Shown here piece by piece: positions 50,008 through 59,961 of a stretch of DNA of 64,000 bases (the first letter of the stretch is position 1; each line of letters opens with the position of its first letter). The stretch is from positions 1,824,001 to 1,888,000 of the forward strand of contig OZ219856.1 in assembly GCA_964291395.2 (NCBI GenBank), given 5' to 3'. The position numbers and the translations under genes were made by a program. The notes under the pieces were generated by a model. It did not search any database. It had not been told where the DNA came from and was given only the letters and a program-made list of their open reading frames with translations. The DNA is from Alphaproteobacteria bacterium. GTDB taxonomy: Bacteria > Pseudomonadota > Alphaproteobacteria > UBA2966.

Positions 50008-51975
50008 GTGGAGGACCAAAGCATTAGTACACCACTTCCATGCTCTGATGGATTGCGGCAACTAACGATTCCCGCCACGCTCGACACTTCTACCCACGAT
50101 GTCGCCGAGGTCTTATACAATCCAGCGTTGAGTGTCTCAGTCGCTTATGATCGTGGCGTTGGTTTCTTCTCTTCTGCCTGGCTACGTCATGTGGGAAAGG
50201 GACTCACTCCATTTGCGGACCGCGGAGGACGCATGCGTTTGATTACGAGTCCGAAGCTGCGCGCACAAGATTGGGCCGCTATCAAAATGGGTGAGGATGC
50301 ACGAAATAATCCCCTTATACTGTCATCTCTTCTAGCTGAAATCGATGACTTGCGGAGCTTTTCCAGAGAGCGACCGGTTCAACTTCTTGCCTGGATGGTC
50401 GCTGATGGGCTATTAGACATTCGTATCGCCGTGCCAACATCAAAGCTTGATGGCGACTTTCACCCCAAATTGGGCATCTTTACTGATCCCGCAGGAAATT
50501 CCATAGTCTTTCATGGTTCGCAGAACGAAACGGACCAGGGTTTTCGCAATTATGAAACGCTTGATATCTATACCAGTTGGACCGACGATAGAGACGCTCA
50601 ACGGTGTGCATATCACCAAACCCTATTCGAGCGCATTTGGGATCAACGTGATGCTAACGTCCTTTGTTTCACCCTACCCTCGGCAATTCGCCGGAGGCTT
50701 GTTAGTTTCGTCGAACAGGGAAAGCGTCCTTTCTCTTCTCCGTTTGACGCACGAACGACAAGTGATAACAGATGGCAACACCAAGCAAGAGCGATTGAAG
50801 TCTTTCTTGATAAGCGTTGTGGCGTTTTGGAAATGGCTACAGGAACGGGTAAGACCCGAGTAGCTCTGGATATTCATGACCAGTTGACGGCTCGAAACAT
50901 GGTCTCAACCACGGTCGTCAACATGTACGGCACAGATCTTCTCAATCAATGGTATCGGGCTCTTATTACAAGAGTAGATCTACCGGTGTACCGGCAATAC
51001 GGAGCACACAAAGAAGCTTCAGCTTTTTTTTCCTGTCGAACACCCCGCATCCTGCTAGCGGCACGTCAGCAGCTAGCCGCAATATTACCGCACATGGACA
51101 ACGATACGGTTAAAGGCGGCCTGCTTATTTGCGACGAAGTGCATGGTCTCGGTTCGCCCGCTCTAATCCGAGATCTGAGTGGTCAGTTTCGACGTTTCCG
51201 ATTTCGTCTGGGTCTCAGTGCTACGCCGGAACGCGAGTACGATGAGATAGGAAACTCTTTTATTGAAGAGGAAATCGGCCCGGTCATTTTTGAGTTCTCG
51301 CTTGAAGATGCGATTCGAAACGGTGTTCTTTGCGAGTTTGATTATGAGCCATTGGCCTATGCGTTGTCTGACGAGGATCGGCACGCAATACGCAACGCCA
51401 TCAAGCGCCACTATGCCCGGCGTGCTCAAGGAGAGCTGAGTTCCGAAGAAGCGCTTTATCGCGAGATTGCATTTGTCCGAAAGACGACTGAACAAAAGCT
51501 ACTTCCCTTTAAGCTGTTTTTGAGTCAGAAAGGATCGGGACTATCACGTTCTCTAATCTTCGTAGAAACCGCGGAGTTTGGACTCAAGATACAACCACTA
51601 TTGATGCATTACCGTATCCCATTTCATACCTATTATCAGTCGGAAGATAGGATAAATCTTCAGCGCTTTGCAGATGGTGAACTAGATTGCCTCATCAGTT
51701 GCCATCGACTTTCTGAAGGCATTGACATTAGATCTGTGAGTAGTATCGTTTTGTTTGCCTCGTCTCGAGCACGTCTAGAAACTATACAGCGTCTCGGACG
51801 ATGTTTGCGAACCGATCCTGACAACCCGAATAAGAGAGCCCTCGTCGTTGACTTCGTGGATTTTGAATCAGAGACGGATGAACCCGACTCTTCACATCTT
51901 TCCGCTGATTTGGTTAGATACGAGTGGTTTCGGAAGTTATCAACGGTTCGTGGTTTGAATAACGCGGTACAGTGA
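50008..51975 (+). CDS. pbeA: PLD-like nuclease domain + SF2 helicase, PbeA-like (PT-associated defence)
   Basis: 'FHPKLGIFTD..GSQNET' (HKD-like); helicase motifs 'ATGTGKT','DEVH','SAT','QRLGR'; adjacent to the dnd cluster. Confidence 0.75.
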   Translation: MEDQSISTPLPCSDGLRQLTIPATLDTSTHDVAEVLYNPALSVSVAYDRGVGFFSSAWLRHVGKGLTPFADRGGRMRLITSPKLRAQDWAAIKMGEDARNNPLILSSLLAEIDDLRSFSRERPVQLLAWMVADGLLDIRIAVPTSKLDGDFHPKLGIFTDPAGNSIVFHGSQNETDQGFRNYETLDIYTSWTDDRDAQRCAYHQTLFERIWDQRDANVLCFTLPSAIRRRLVSFVEQGKRPFSSPFDARTTSDNRWQHQARAIEVFLDKRCGVLEMATGTGKTRVALDIHDQLTARNMVSTTVVNMYGTDLLNQWYRALITRVDLPVYRQYGAHKEASAFFSCRTPRILLAARQQLAAILPHMDNDTVKGGLLICDEVHGLGSPALIRDLSGQFRRFRFRLGLSATPEREYDEIGNSFIEEEIGPVIFEFSLEDAIRNGVLCEFDYEPLAYALSDEDRHAIRNAIKRHYARRAQGELSSEEALYREIAFVRKTTEQKLLPFKLFLSQKGSGLSRSLIFVETAEFGLKIQPLLMHYRIPFHTYYQSEDRINLQRFADGELDCLISCHRLSEGIDIRSVSSIVLFASSRARLETIQRLGRCLRTDPDNPNKRALVVDFVDFESETDEPDSSHLSADLVRYEWFRKLSTVRGLNNAVQ

Positions 51976-51979
51976 GTAC

Positions 51980-52186
51980 TTGTCTATGAATGAAAATATG
52001 TCACTTGATCAATCTATCTATGAAGCGATAGAGAACACGATATCGCCTTTCGAGAGTGAAGCGCCGAGGTTTGCGAGGAAGTTTAGAAGGCGGCTAGAAC
52101 TTAAGCTCACTGGTCGCCTGCTTCAGTCAGATCTCTTGGACCTTATTGAAGAGGTGCCGGTTGAGTTGCAGGAGCCAGGAAGTTGA
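51980..52186 (+). CDS. small protein, PbeB-like by position
   Basis: 68-aa ORF between the helicase and the ATPase, overlapping the ATPase start. Confidence 0.6.
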   Translation: MSMNENMSLDQSIYEAIENTISPFESEAPRFARKFRRRLELKLTGRLLQSDLLDLIEEVPVELQEPGS

Positions 52187-54114
52187 AGATTGAGTTGACA
52201 GGGTGGCGAGCTTGCAATCTGCGGGGATATCTGCGCCAGGCAGACATCAGGCTTGGACCGCCTACCGCTACTTGGACCCTTCTTCAGATGCCGAACGGCA
52301 CTGGTAAAACCACCACGATGAATTTGTTACGAGCTGCCTTTTCGGGGCGTCCGCTCAACGCGGAAACAATTAGATCTCTGAAGGCCGATGATATTGTCGG
52401 AGATGGCTACTTTGAGATGTCGCTTGTCGTTGACGACTCTCCGTGGCGAGTAGAAATGGAGTTCGACTTTCGTCGGGAACAGTGCAGGTTCTTTACTACC
52501 TCTCCTGCGGAACAGTCCGGAGGGCGTCGAACGGTGCATAGCATGCCCGGAATATTGGGTGATACTCTTCGCAGGGGCCTCACAGAGCTATTCATCTTTA
52601 ATGGCGAACTTGCGGCAGAAATAATTAAATTGGGGCAAAATAGGGCTGATGCTGCGATCCGCTCTCTTTATCAGCTTGATCGGCTCTCGGACCTGAATGA
52701 AGAAATCAAACAATTGGCGCGAAAGCGCCAAGCGAGGGCTGGTGCTACGAGCGCGGCAAGCAAACATGCCATCAGGAGATTTGCTACGGATGTTGAGGAG
52801 GCAGAAACTATATTGGAAGAACTTGAGGCCAAAGAACGTACATTGACTAAGCAAATACGTGGGTGTGATGAAAGAATCAAGAACATAGAGGAAGAAATAG
52901 AGGATAAGGAAGAGCAAAGTGACGAGTATGCAGACCAGATGCGGGAAGTTAACGCAGAAATTGGCTCGCTTGAAGACCTTGTCACACGCCTGGGTTCATC
53001 GGCTTTGCAGACTTTCCGGGTCCCACCGCTCCTTCATGCTGTTCTGAGAGAGCGTCTGGCTTCATTGGGAGGGCGATTGAGTAAACTGCGCCTGCCAAGG
53101 ACTATGTCCGAAGAATTCTTTCTACAACTCGCAGAAGCTGCTGATTGCATTTGCGATCGCCCACTGGGCCCGACGGAACAAGCTGCCATTAGGCGCAATG
53201 CAACAGATTTCCTGGGACAAGATGAGGTGGCTGTAATCAATCAAATGAAACTCGCGTTACGTGATACCAGCGACATGCCCGTACGCTTTGAGGAACTGGC
53301 GGAACAGCTGCGCACGGCTCAGCAGGACTTGCAAAGCCAAGAGCAGCGTAAGCGACGACTTCATGTACAAATGAGCGAGGCGGGAACAGAAGACTTCACG
53401 GACCTGCAGAACGAAAGGGACAAGCTCAAGCGAACGCGTGAGCGAGCAGCCGACGCGCTATATCAGCTCACTCATGTTGACGGTTCGCCGGGTAGTCTGA
53501 ATTGGAGAGCGAACATTCCGTTGTGCCGGATTGAACTGAAGGATCGGGAGCGTAAGCATGAAACGGCTACGGGGACCCATGACTTCATGCAACGTACAGC
53601 GCACCTGCGCAATCTCGTGGCTTCTGTGGAGCGCGATTCTCTGCGTCGCTTAAGGCGAAGGATACAAACGGATACTAACGCAACGTTGGAGAGGATTTTA
53701 CCAAACGAACAACTGCGCATTTCCGCAATTGATGGGAGCCTTCGCCTTGAAACACCCGAAGTAGCGGAAAAGACGGGCGTGAGCGAGGGTCAGAAGCTTG
53801 CGGTGGCATATGCGTTCCTCACCTCACTATTAGCCAGGGCACCGTACGAACTGCCCTTCGTCGTTGATTCTCCAGCTGTCTCGCTGGATGTCGAGATACG
53901 TCGAACAGTGGCTCAGTTCATCCCAGATCTTTTCGAACAAATGATTATGTTTGTTATATCGAGCGAGCGAGATGGATTCGTGGACGGCTTTTATGAGCGG
54001 CAGGATGCTCGTTTCCTGACCGTGGCCTTATCACAGGCCGGGGGCGAGACCGAACTTCGGGAGGGAATCGATGCCTTCAAAGCCTTTCAAAGCTTGGAAG
54101 ATACTAGGTTATGA
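52183..54114 (+). CDS. pbeC: SMC/Rad50-like coiled-coil ATPase, PbeC-like
   Basis: 'MPNGTGKTT', 'FIFNGE', long coiled-coil with central CIC hook-like motif, 'VSEGQK', 'VVDSP'. Confidence 0.72.
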   Translation: MKIELTGWRACNLRGYLRQADIRLGPPTATWTLLQMPNGTGKTTTMNLLRAAFSGRPLNAETIRSLKADDIVGDGYFEMSLVVDDSPWRVEMEFDFRREQCRFFTTSPAEQSGGRRTVHSMPGILGDTLRRGLTELFIFNGELAAEIIKLGQNRADAAIRSLYQLDRLSDLNEEIKQLARKRQARAGATSAASKHAIRRFATDVEEAETILEELEAKERTLTKQIRGCDERIKNIEEEIEDKEEQSDEYADQMREVNAEIGSLEDLVTRLGSSALQTFRVPPLLHAVLRERLASLGGRLSKLRLPRTMSEEFFLQLAEAADCICDRPLGPTEQAAIRRNATDFLGQDEVAVINQMKLALRDTSDMPVRFEELAEQLRTAQQDLQSQEQRKRRLHVQMSEAGTEDFTDLQNERDKLKRTRERAADALYQLTHVDGSPGSLNWRANIPLCRIELKDRERKHETATGTHDFMQRTAHLRNLVASVERDSLRRLRRRIQTDTNATLERILPNEQLRISAIDGSLRLETPEVAEKTGVSEGQKLAVAYAFLTSLLARAPYELPFVVDSPAVSLDVEIRRTVAQFIPDLFEQMIMFVISSERDGFVDGFYERQDARFLTVALSQAGGETELREGIDAFKAFQSLEDTRL

Positions 54115-54611
54115 GTTTCGTAGTTCACTGTGACCTACGCGAATATTTCGGGTTTCGCGGTGGTCGAGCCTTCGCGGCCACCGGTATACCAGAAGAAGGT
54201 CCTAGACAGTTTCTGCTGTTTGATGCTTTCTACGCCTGCTTACTTCTTGGTTTAGCAAGGGAGACGTTGGGAAAGGAGGAAGTATTGGAAGGTGATCCCT
54301 TTGTTGTAGGCTATCCAGAAGACTTTAGACAATCCCGTGAGTTCATCGCTGGCTTAATAGTAGAGACCGAATTGAGGAGATTGGATACAGAGTACTATAG
54401 TGAAAGAGATTTCGAGCGCGAAATTGCTAAACTTTTGGATTTGAACGAGCCCACGCGGCTGAGCAGTTCCACGGGCATAACTTGCGCCAATCTTTACGCA
54501 GCGGGTGGTTTTGAATATATGCGGGATGCGTTACAGCCCAAACCCACAAGCGTCGAGGACTTTCTATTGCGCTATCATGACTTGTGGTCAAACGACGCGC
54601 GATCAGAGTAA
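54111..54611 (+). CDS. hypothetical protein, PbeD-like by position
   Basis: ATGA-coupled to the ATPase; 'FDAFYACLLLG', 'NLYAAGGF'. Confidence 0.6.
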   Translation: MSFVVHCDLREYFGFRGGRAFAATGIPEEGPRQFLLFDAFYACLLLGLARETLGKEEVLEGDPFVVGYPEDFRQSREFIAGLIVETELRRLDTEYYSERDFEREIAKLLDLNEPTRLSSSTGITCANLYAAGGFEYMRDALQPKPTSVEDFLLRYHDLWSNDARSE

Positions 54612-56461
54612 TGGACGTCGCGACACGATATCGGGATAGCGTTTTGTGCCTACGCACCGCGCCAACGACGTTATCGGGACTGCTCGGCGGTTTTGGAACT
54701 TTGGCAGTTCCTCCTTTTCAACGCGCTTATGCGTGGGAAGAGGCTCAAGTGTCTGCGTTTCTTTCGGATATCGAGCGCTGCCGTCTAGCACGATTAGGCG
54801 GTGACAGCACCCCACATTACTTCGGTGCGATTGTGTCTAGCTTGTCAGCCGTACCCGGTTCATCCCGCCCGCATAAGATACTTATCGACGGACAGCAGAG
54901 GCTAGCAACGTTATACATGTTGATTGTGCACCTGAGGCGTCGGTTTGAACAAGCGTCAAAGTTGGCGGCGGCTGAGAAAGACGGAGAACGTGAAAGAGTC
55001 CTGGAAGCGAGAGCCATTGGGTTGTTACATCAATTTGAGATAACTCGAGATGTTGAGTTTACTGATCCAAAAACCGTTCGAAAGTTAAGTCTGAGTAATG
55101 CCGACAATGCATTCTTTGTAGCGTTGACGACAGGAGAGAATTGTAGTCCCGATCGGGTTTCGCATGAGCGTTTGAAGACAGCTTTTGAGATGATTGGGGA
55201 TCACTTTAATAGGCTGTTGGAACGTGCAACGGACTCGGGAGGACATCTGCGATCATTGGAACCGCTTTATCAAGCCTTCATACGAGATTGGTCTGTCGTT
55301 CACTTGGCTGTCGATGATCGACGACATGCCAATCTAATTTTCCGAGTTCTAAATACGCGCGGCATTCGCATCACAGAGGGTGAACTGTTGCGCTCCCGCA
55401 CTCTAGAGGCAGCGGCGCCGCAGCTCGAAGCGGCCAAGGTATCTGCGATGTCGGACGCGTGGGACAGTATATTGATCGGTGAGCCGATCGTGGCGGATGA
55501 AGCGCTGGGCATGGTTTTTCAAGCTCGCTATGGTCGCAAGCCGTCAGTGGGTAAGATGGACTCGGACTACGAGACGGAATGTTTCCCGGCCGTCTTGGAG
55601 ACCGAAGGCCTAACCAAGACGGAAGCAGAGAATCTGCATCGAGCCGTCCTTGTTCTGCGGGAAGATATGCGTGCTCTGGCACGGTTAGGCTCCGGCTATC
55701 CGCCCTTCGAGGATGCAAACACAATTGATGCCGTCAGTCGCTCACGCTTACACGCATTGATCACAATCTTAAAGCAGAGCTACTGCTTACCTCTGTTACT
55801 CGCAGGACGATCCCTGAACCCCAACTCATTCGCAAGTCTTTGCGATGTGGTCGAACGATTTGCGTTTAGGTATTCTGTTATTGCCCGGGCTCCGATCTAT
55901 CCGGTGGATGCTATTTTTTCGGAACACGCTATCCTGCTCAGCAATGAGCCAGGCACCTTCAAGCTCGGAAAACTCGTTGAAGATCTACAAGGCCTGCTAG
56001 ACGACTTTGCGAATGATGAGCATTTTGCACAATGCCTACGATCGCTGAGGTACGGCCAAAACTTGAATCCGGCTATCCGATATCTTCTTATACTTCTCGA
56101 ACAAATGCATGCATGGTGGAAGAACAACCCACAGGGAAAGCCAGTCTGCCGCGATCCGACGAGGATACTCGATTTTGTCACAATGACAATTGAGCATGTC
56201 CAGTCTCCAAAGGAACCTGGTTTGGACCCGGACCTGATTCCCTTCATTGACACGCTGGGCAATCTTACTGTGCTGAGTAGTGGTCAGAACGACGCTCAGG
56301 GGAACAAAGCGTTTGCCGAAAAGAAACCGATTTTAGAAGATTCAAATCTCGGAATGAATAGAGAATTAGCGGAGAATGATGTTTGGTCGATTGAAACGAT
56401 ACAGGCCCGAACAGACGAACTTGTTAGAATGTGCCTAGCGGTCTTCACACTGACACGATAA
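54611..56461 (+). CDS. DUF262-DUF1524 protein (GmrSD/SspE-like NTPase + HNH nuclease)
   Basis: 'VPPFQRAYAW', 'IDGQQRLAT', 'IFRVLNTRG', C-terminal 'TIEHV...LGNLTVLSSGQN'; TAATG overlap with the upstream gene. Confidence 0.88.
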   Translation: MDVATRYRDSVLCLRTAPTTLSGLLGGFGTLAVPPFQRAYAWEEAQVSAFLSDIERCRLARLGGDSTPHYFGAIVSSLSAVPGSSRPHKILIDGQQRLATLYMLIVHLRRRFEQASKLAAAEKDGERERVLEARAIGLLHQFEITRDVEFTDPKTVRKLSLSNADNAFFVALTTGENCSPDRVSHERLKTAFEMIGDHFNRLLERATDSGGHLRSLEPLYQAFIRDWSVVHLAVDDRRHANLIFRVLNTRGIRITEGELLRSRTLEAAAPQLEAAKVSAMSDAWDSILIGEPIVADEALGMVFQARYGRKPSVGKMDSDYETECFPAVLETEGLTKTEAENLHRAVLVLREDMRALARLGSGYPPFEDANTIDAVSRSRLHALITILKQSYCLPLLLAGRSLNPNSFASLCDVVERFAFRYSVIARAPIYPVDAIFSEHAILLSNEPGTFKLGKLVEDLQGLLDDFANDEHFAQCLRSLRYGQNLNPAIRYLLILLEQMHAWWKNNPQGKPVCRDPTRILDFVTMTIEHVQSPKEPGLDPDLIPFIDTLGNLTVLSSGQNDAQGNKAFAEKKPILEDSNLGMNRELAENDVWSIETIQARTDELVRMCLAVFTLTR

Positions 56462-56475
56462 CCGGAAAGTGCCTA

Positions 56476-57645
56476 TCAGTCGCCTAAAGCACCACTACGG
56501 AGCTGTTCCACCGCTTTGGCGAAGGCCCCAGCCACAAAGTCGACATCCGCATCCTCAGTGTATCGCCCCAACCCTAGCCGAAAGGCCTCCCGTGCCCTGG
56601 GCTGATCTCCGAACATCGCCTTAAGGACATGCGAGGTCTCAACTTTTTCAGTCGAACAGGCGCTTGACGCAGAGAATACAACCTGATTGCGCAGAAAATG
56701 CATGAGGGCGAGCGGTTCTATTCCGCTGATGGAGATCGACGTTGTATTAGGTAATCGGCATATGCGATCACCATTGATACGGGATCCCGAAATTCCTAGA
56801 AGTGTCTCCTCTAATCTATTTCGACGGAACGCAATCGCGGCAGCATCTGTGGTTCGGCGCGCCTTAACAAGAGCAAATGCCTTTCCAAGTCCAACAATTC
56901 CGTGGGTATTGAGTGTTCCTGATCGCAAACCCCTTTCCTGGCCACCACCATAGATGAGTGATTGCATATTCACTCGCGGTTTTCGTAGTCTGACGTATAA
57001 AGCTCCTACACCTTTTGGGCCGTACATCTTGTGCCCGGAAAAACTAGCGAGGTGTATATTCTCCAAGCCCACATTAATTGCGATATATGCGGTTGCTTGA
57101 GAAAAGTCTGTATGGAACAACGTGCCTGAATTTGCACAGATTGCACCAATTTCTCCAATTGGCTGTAAAGTTCCTGTCTCATTATTCGCAGCCATAACAG
57201 ACACCAGCCCCGTGTGTTCTGTCACCACTTCTCGAACATCTGAAAGGGCGACTCTGCAGTCCTTATCGACAGGCAAAATGGTAATCCTGGCTCCTTCATC
57301 TTTTAGGGAATTGACTGTCTCGAGTATAGAGGGGTGTTCGATTGCAGTCGTAACGACGTGGGGTCGTCCAGCCCGGCGCAGGGCTGGAAATGCTCCGCGG
57401 ATGGCAAGATTATTGGATTCGGTTGCACCACTCGTAAAGATTACCTCCTGCTGCCTACAGTGAATCAGAGTTGCTACCTCTCTCCGTGCTTGTTCTATTG
57501 CTGATTGTGCTTGATATCCGGCAATATGTTCGACACTGGAGGGATTGGCCGAATGTAAACGCATTGAGCAGCCGGTCGCCTCAATAACGCTCTCGTCCAC
57601 AGGCGTTGAGGCATTATGGTCGAGATAGATGGGTTGTGCCGTCAC
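56476..57645 (-). CDS. dndA: cysteine desulfurase (DndA/IscS-type)
   Basis: 'YLDHNASTP', 'FTSGATESNN', PLP Lys 'SGHKMYGPKG', 'SASSACS'; coupled to dndE. Confidence 0.88.
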   Translation of the reverse strand: MTAQPIYLDHNASTPVDESVIEATGCSMRLHSANPSSVEHIAGYQAQSAIEQARREVATLIHCRQQEVIFTSGATESNNLAIRGAFPALRRAGRPHVVTTAIEHPSILETVNSLKDEGARITILPVDKDCRVALSDVREVVTEHTGLVSVMAANNETGTLQPIGEIGAICANSGTLFHTDFSQATAYIAINVGLENIHLASFSGHKMYGPKGVGALYVRLRKPRVNMQSLIYGGGQERGLRSGTLNTHGIVGLGKAFALVKARRTTDAAAIAFRRNRLEETLLGISGSRINGDRICRLPNTTSISISGIEPLALMHFLRNQVVFSASSACSTEKVETSHVLKAMFGDQPRAREAFRLGLGRYTEDADVDFVAGAFAKAVEQLRSGALGD

Positions 57646-58019
57646 GTTACTTCGTTTCCCGCTAGCAAACGTGCAGCATCCGCCGGCGTTTTGATCCGGG
57701 TCGAGAGCTGACGAACACCGCGGTCAATATGACATCGTAGGCGATTTAAGAGTTCAGTTTCATCGAGGACTTCCCCATTTGGCGCTTCAACCAACCGCAA
57801 TAGGGAAGTGTAAATGGGCTGATCAACACCAAAAAGTGTGTACGCATTGAATTCCTGGCCGTCCTCAAGGGCACTTCCAACGGGACCAACGGTACCCTCG
57901 TGTAAAGAGGTTGCGATCGCCATGCGACAGATGAGATTTGGCGTGAGCCCGGCGCGCTGGCGCAACACCCTCAAGCGGTTGGTAGCTTCGGCAGAAATTC
58001 GGAATTTGCTAATGTGCAT
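57642..58019 (-). CDS. dndE: DNA sulfur modification protein DndE
   Basis: 'FRISAEATNRLRVLRQRAGLTPNLICRMAI..SL', 'EFNAYTLFG', 'HIDRG'. Confidence 0.88.
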   Translation of the reverse strand: MHISKFRISAEATNRLRVLRQRAGLTPNLICRMAIATSLHEGTVGPVGSALEDGQEFNAYTLFGVDQPIYTSLLRLVEAPNGEVLDETELLNRLRCHIDRGVRQLSTRIKTPADAARLLAGNEVT

Positions 58020-59961
58020 GCGGGATACCACTGCCGATGGTCGTCGCGTGAGGTCGGGCTACAGTCTGGCGCGTCCCCTCAGAGACACTAAGCTCAAAGC
58101 GACGCGCGACATAGGGTAGTATAATAGCCTCCAAGTCCTCGGTAAGTTCAGAGTCGGTACAGAGCAAAATGACCTGATGACTTGCAGCAGGAACATATTG
58201 CTCAACGATTGCACGGCGATGAGAGCGATCCAGGTGGGATAGGGGCGTATCTATAATGACTGGAAGCTCTCGACCACTGCTTTTCGCCAAAGCCCAGAGC
58301 ATTGAAATTGCGAAGATTTGTCGCTCGCCGGCGGAGAGTGACTCTTTCAATACACTCTTTCCGTGATCATCAATAAGTGCAATTGCAAAGCTTTCCCGAT
58401 CTACCTCCACTCTTGATACAAAGTGCTTCTTTCTTATGAGTACGTTGAAGCACTCCGCGAAATGGCTTGAGAGGGTTTCCAATCTTTGTTCCAGCACTTG
58501 GCATTCATAATCTGCAAGAGCCCGTTGCGCTCGGGTAGCTAAATCAAGCTGACGTTCTTGGTAGTTCCGGCGTAGGAGGGCGTCGCGAGCGTTATTGTGC
58601 TCCTTTTCAAGGACTTGAACTTGGAAACGAAGTCGATCAATTTCTGATGTCAGGGTTCGTAGTGTTGTTTCCACAACTCCGAGATCATACTCTGCCGATT
58701 TCAATGCCTCCAGCGCTTCCGTGGCAGCATTGGTGTCTAGTGAAGATTGTTGTGCCTTTAGTCTATCGCGCTCCTGAAGAGCCTCGTCCAAATGATCTCC
58801 AACGCTCAATGCGCCCAACCGCAGTTGCACATCTACTTGGCTTAGACGATCTGCGATCCAAGCAGGTTCAGCGTCGAACGTGAATTCTGGTTCCTTTGTC
58901 TGTTCATTCAAGAATTGATGCATTGCCCTAAAGTGCTCCTTGGTCCAGGCAGGCTCCCTCTGTGGACCGTTGAGTCTCGCCTTTTCGAAAGCCGCCAAGA
59001 AGGACATAACGGCCCTTTGTGAGCTGCGTGACACTTCATCTGTTGTCAAGTTCCGCAGTCGTATGAGTAAGGAGGGAGCCATGCCGAGGGGCAGCACGCC
59101 ATTCGCTAGTCGCTTCAGTTCGCTGTACAGGCTCTCAATCCGCTTTTCACTAGCAGCTCTTGCCTTTAGAAGCGCGTCCCGATCGATCGCGAGGGTTCCT
59201 CCTTCTTGCTGAAAAGCCCTCTGGGCTCTTTCGATGCGCCGGGCCACTTGATCGCGTGAGCTCCGCAAGTCCGCGGCCTTGTCTTCTCTAAGCGCGAGCT
59301 CTTCCCTTTTTGCTTTCAAATCACGCTCGATCGATTCAAAATCAATATCGCCGCCGTCTTCATCAACACGGCTGACGTAAAGCGCCAAGTCGTTGCGTAG
59401 TTGTTCAACCAAATCGAGTCCCAGAACAGACCGAACTGATTCCCGGAAACCAGCCGCTTCGGTGCTATCTGCAATATCTCGTACCTTATCTCCATCAAAG
59501 AAAAAAAGTTGCGACACTCCCGTTGGAATCAGATCCTCAACATAGTGCTCCCAGTCTTCGCGTGGGATATTTTCGACTTCTTGACCGTCACAGATCAGCT
59601 GCAAGGAATCTATCACAGTTGCACCGTGCGCTGCCCAGGTTCGGGTTACCTCATAAAGTTGTTGCTTCCCTCCCTCGCGAAGCGAGAACGCCAAACTCAC
59701 CGAGGCTTGTCGCATGGGTGCAAATGAGTAAATCTTCTCCAACAAATACTTCTCATATTGCAGCCGTGATACCCTAGGTCCCAGAGCGCGTCTACCGTAA
59801 AGTACCAGTCTCACAGCTTCTAAGAAGGTTGTTTTGCCACTTCCATTGTGACCCCCAATGACAATTACATGCCTATCTCCCGCCGGTTCCGGTTGGAGTT
59901 GAAATATATTGGTGCCGCCATATAGGCCGAAATTTTCGAGCTGAAGACGTTGCAAAATCAC
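58009..59961 (-). CDS. dndD: DNA sulfur modification protein DndD (SMC-like ATPase)
   Basis: 'LENFGLYGG', 'GHNGSGKTT', 'LFFFDGD', 'LSAGERQ', 'IIDTPL..LD..HR', 'SHQVILLCTDSE'. Confidence 0.93.
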   Translation of the reverse strand: MILQRLQLENFGLYGGTNIFQLQPEPAGDRHVIVIGGHNGSGKTTFLEAVRLVLYGRRALGPRVSRLQYEKYLLEKIYSFAPMRQASVSLAFSLREGGKQQLYEVTRTWAAHGATVIDSLQLICDGQEVENIPREDWEHYVEDLIPTGVSQLFFFDGDKVRDIADSTEAAGFRESVRSVLGLDLVEQLRNDLALYVSRVDEDGGDIDFESIERDLKAKREELALREDKAADLRSSRDQVARRIERAQRAFQQEGGTLAIDRDALLKARAASEKRIESLYSELKRLANGVLPLGMAPSLLIRLRNLTTDEVSRSSQRAVMSFLAAFEKARLNGPQREPAWTKEHFRAMHQFLNEQTKEPEFTFDAEPAWIADRLSQVDVQLRLGALSVGDHLDEALQERDRLKAQQSSLDTNAATEALEALKSAEYDLGVVETTLRTLTSEIDRLRFQVQVLEKEHNNARDALLRRNYQERQLDLATRAQRALADYECQVLEQRLETLSSHFAECFNVLIRKKHFVSRVEVDRESFAIALIDDHGKSVLKESLSAGERQIFAISMLWALAKSSGRELPVIIDTPLSHLDRSHRRAIVEQYVPAASHQVILLCTDSELTEDLEAIILPYVARRFELSVSEGTRQTVARPHATTIGSGIPHAH

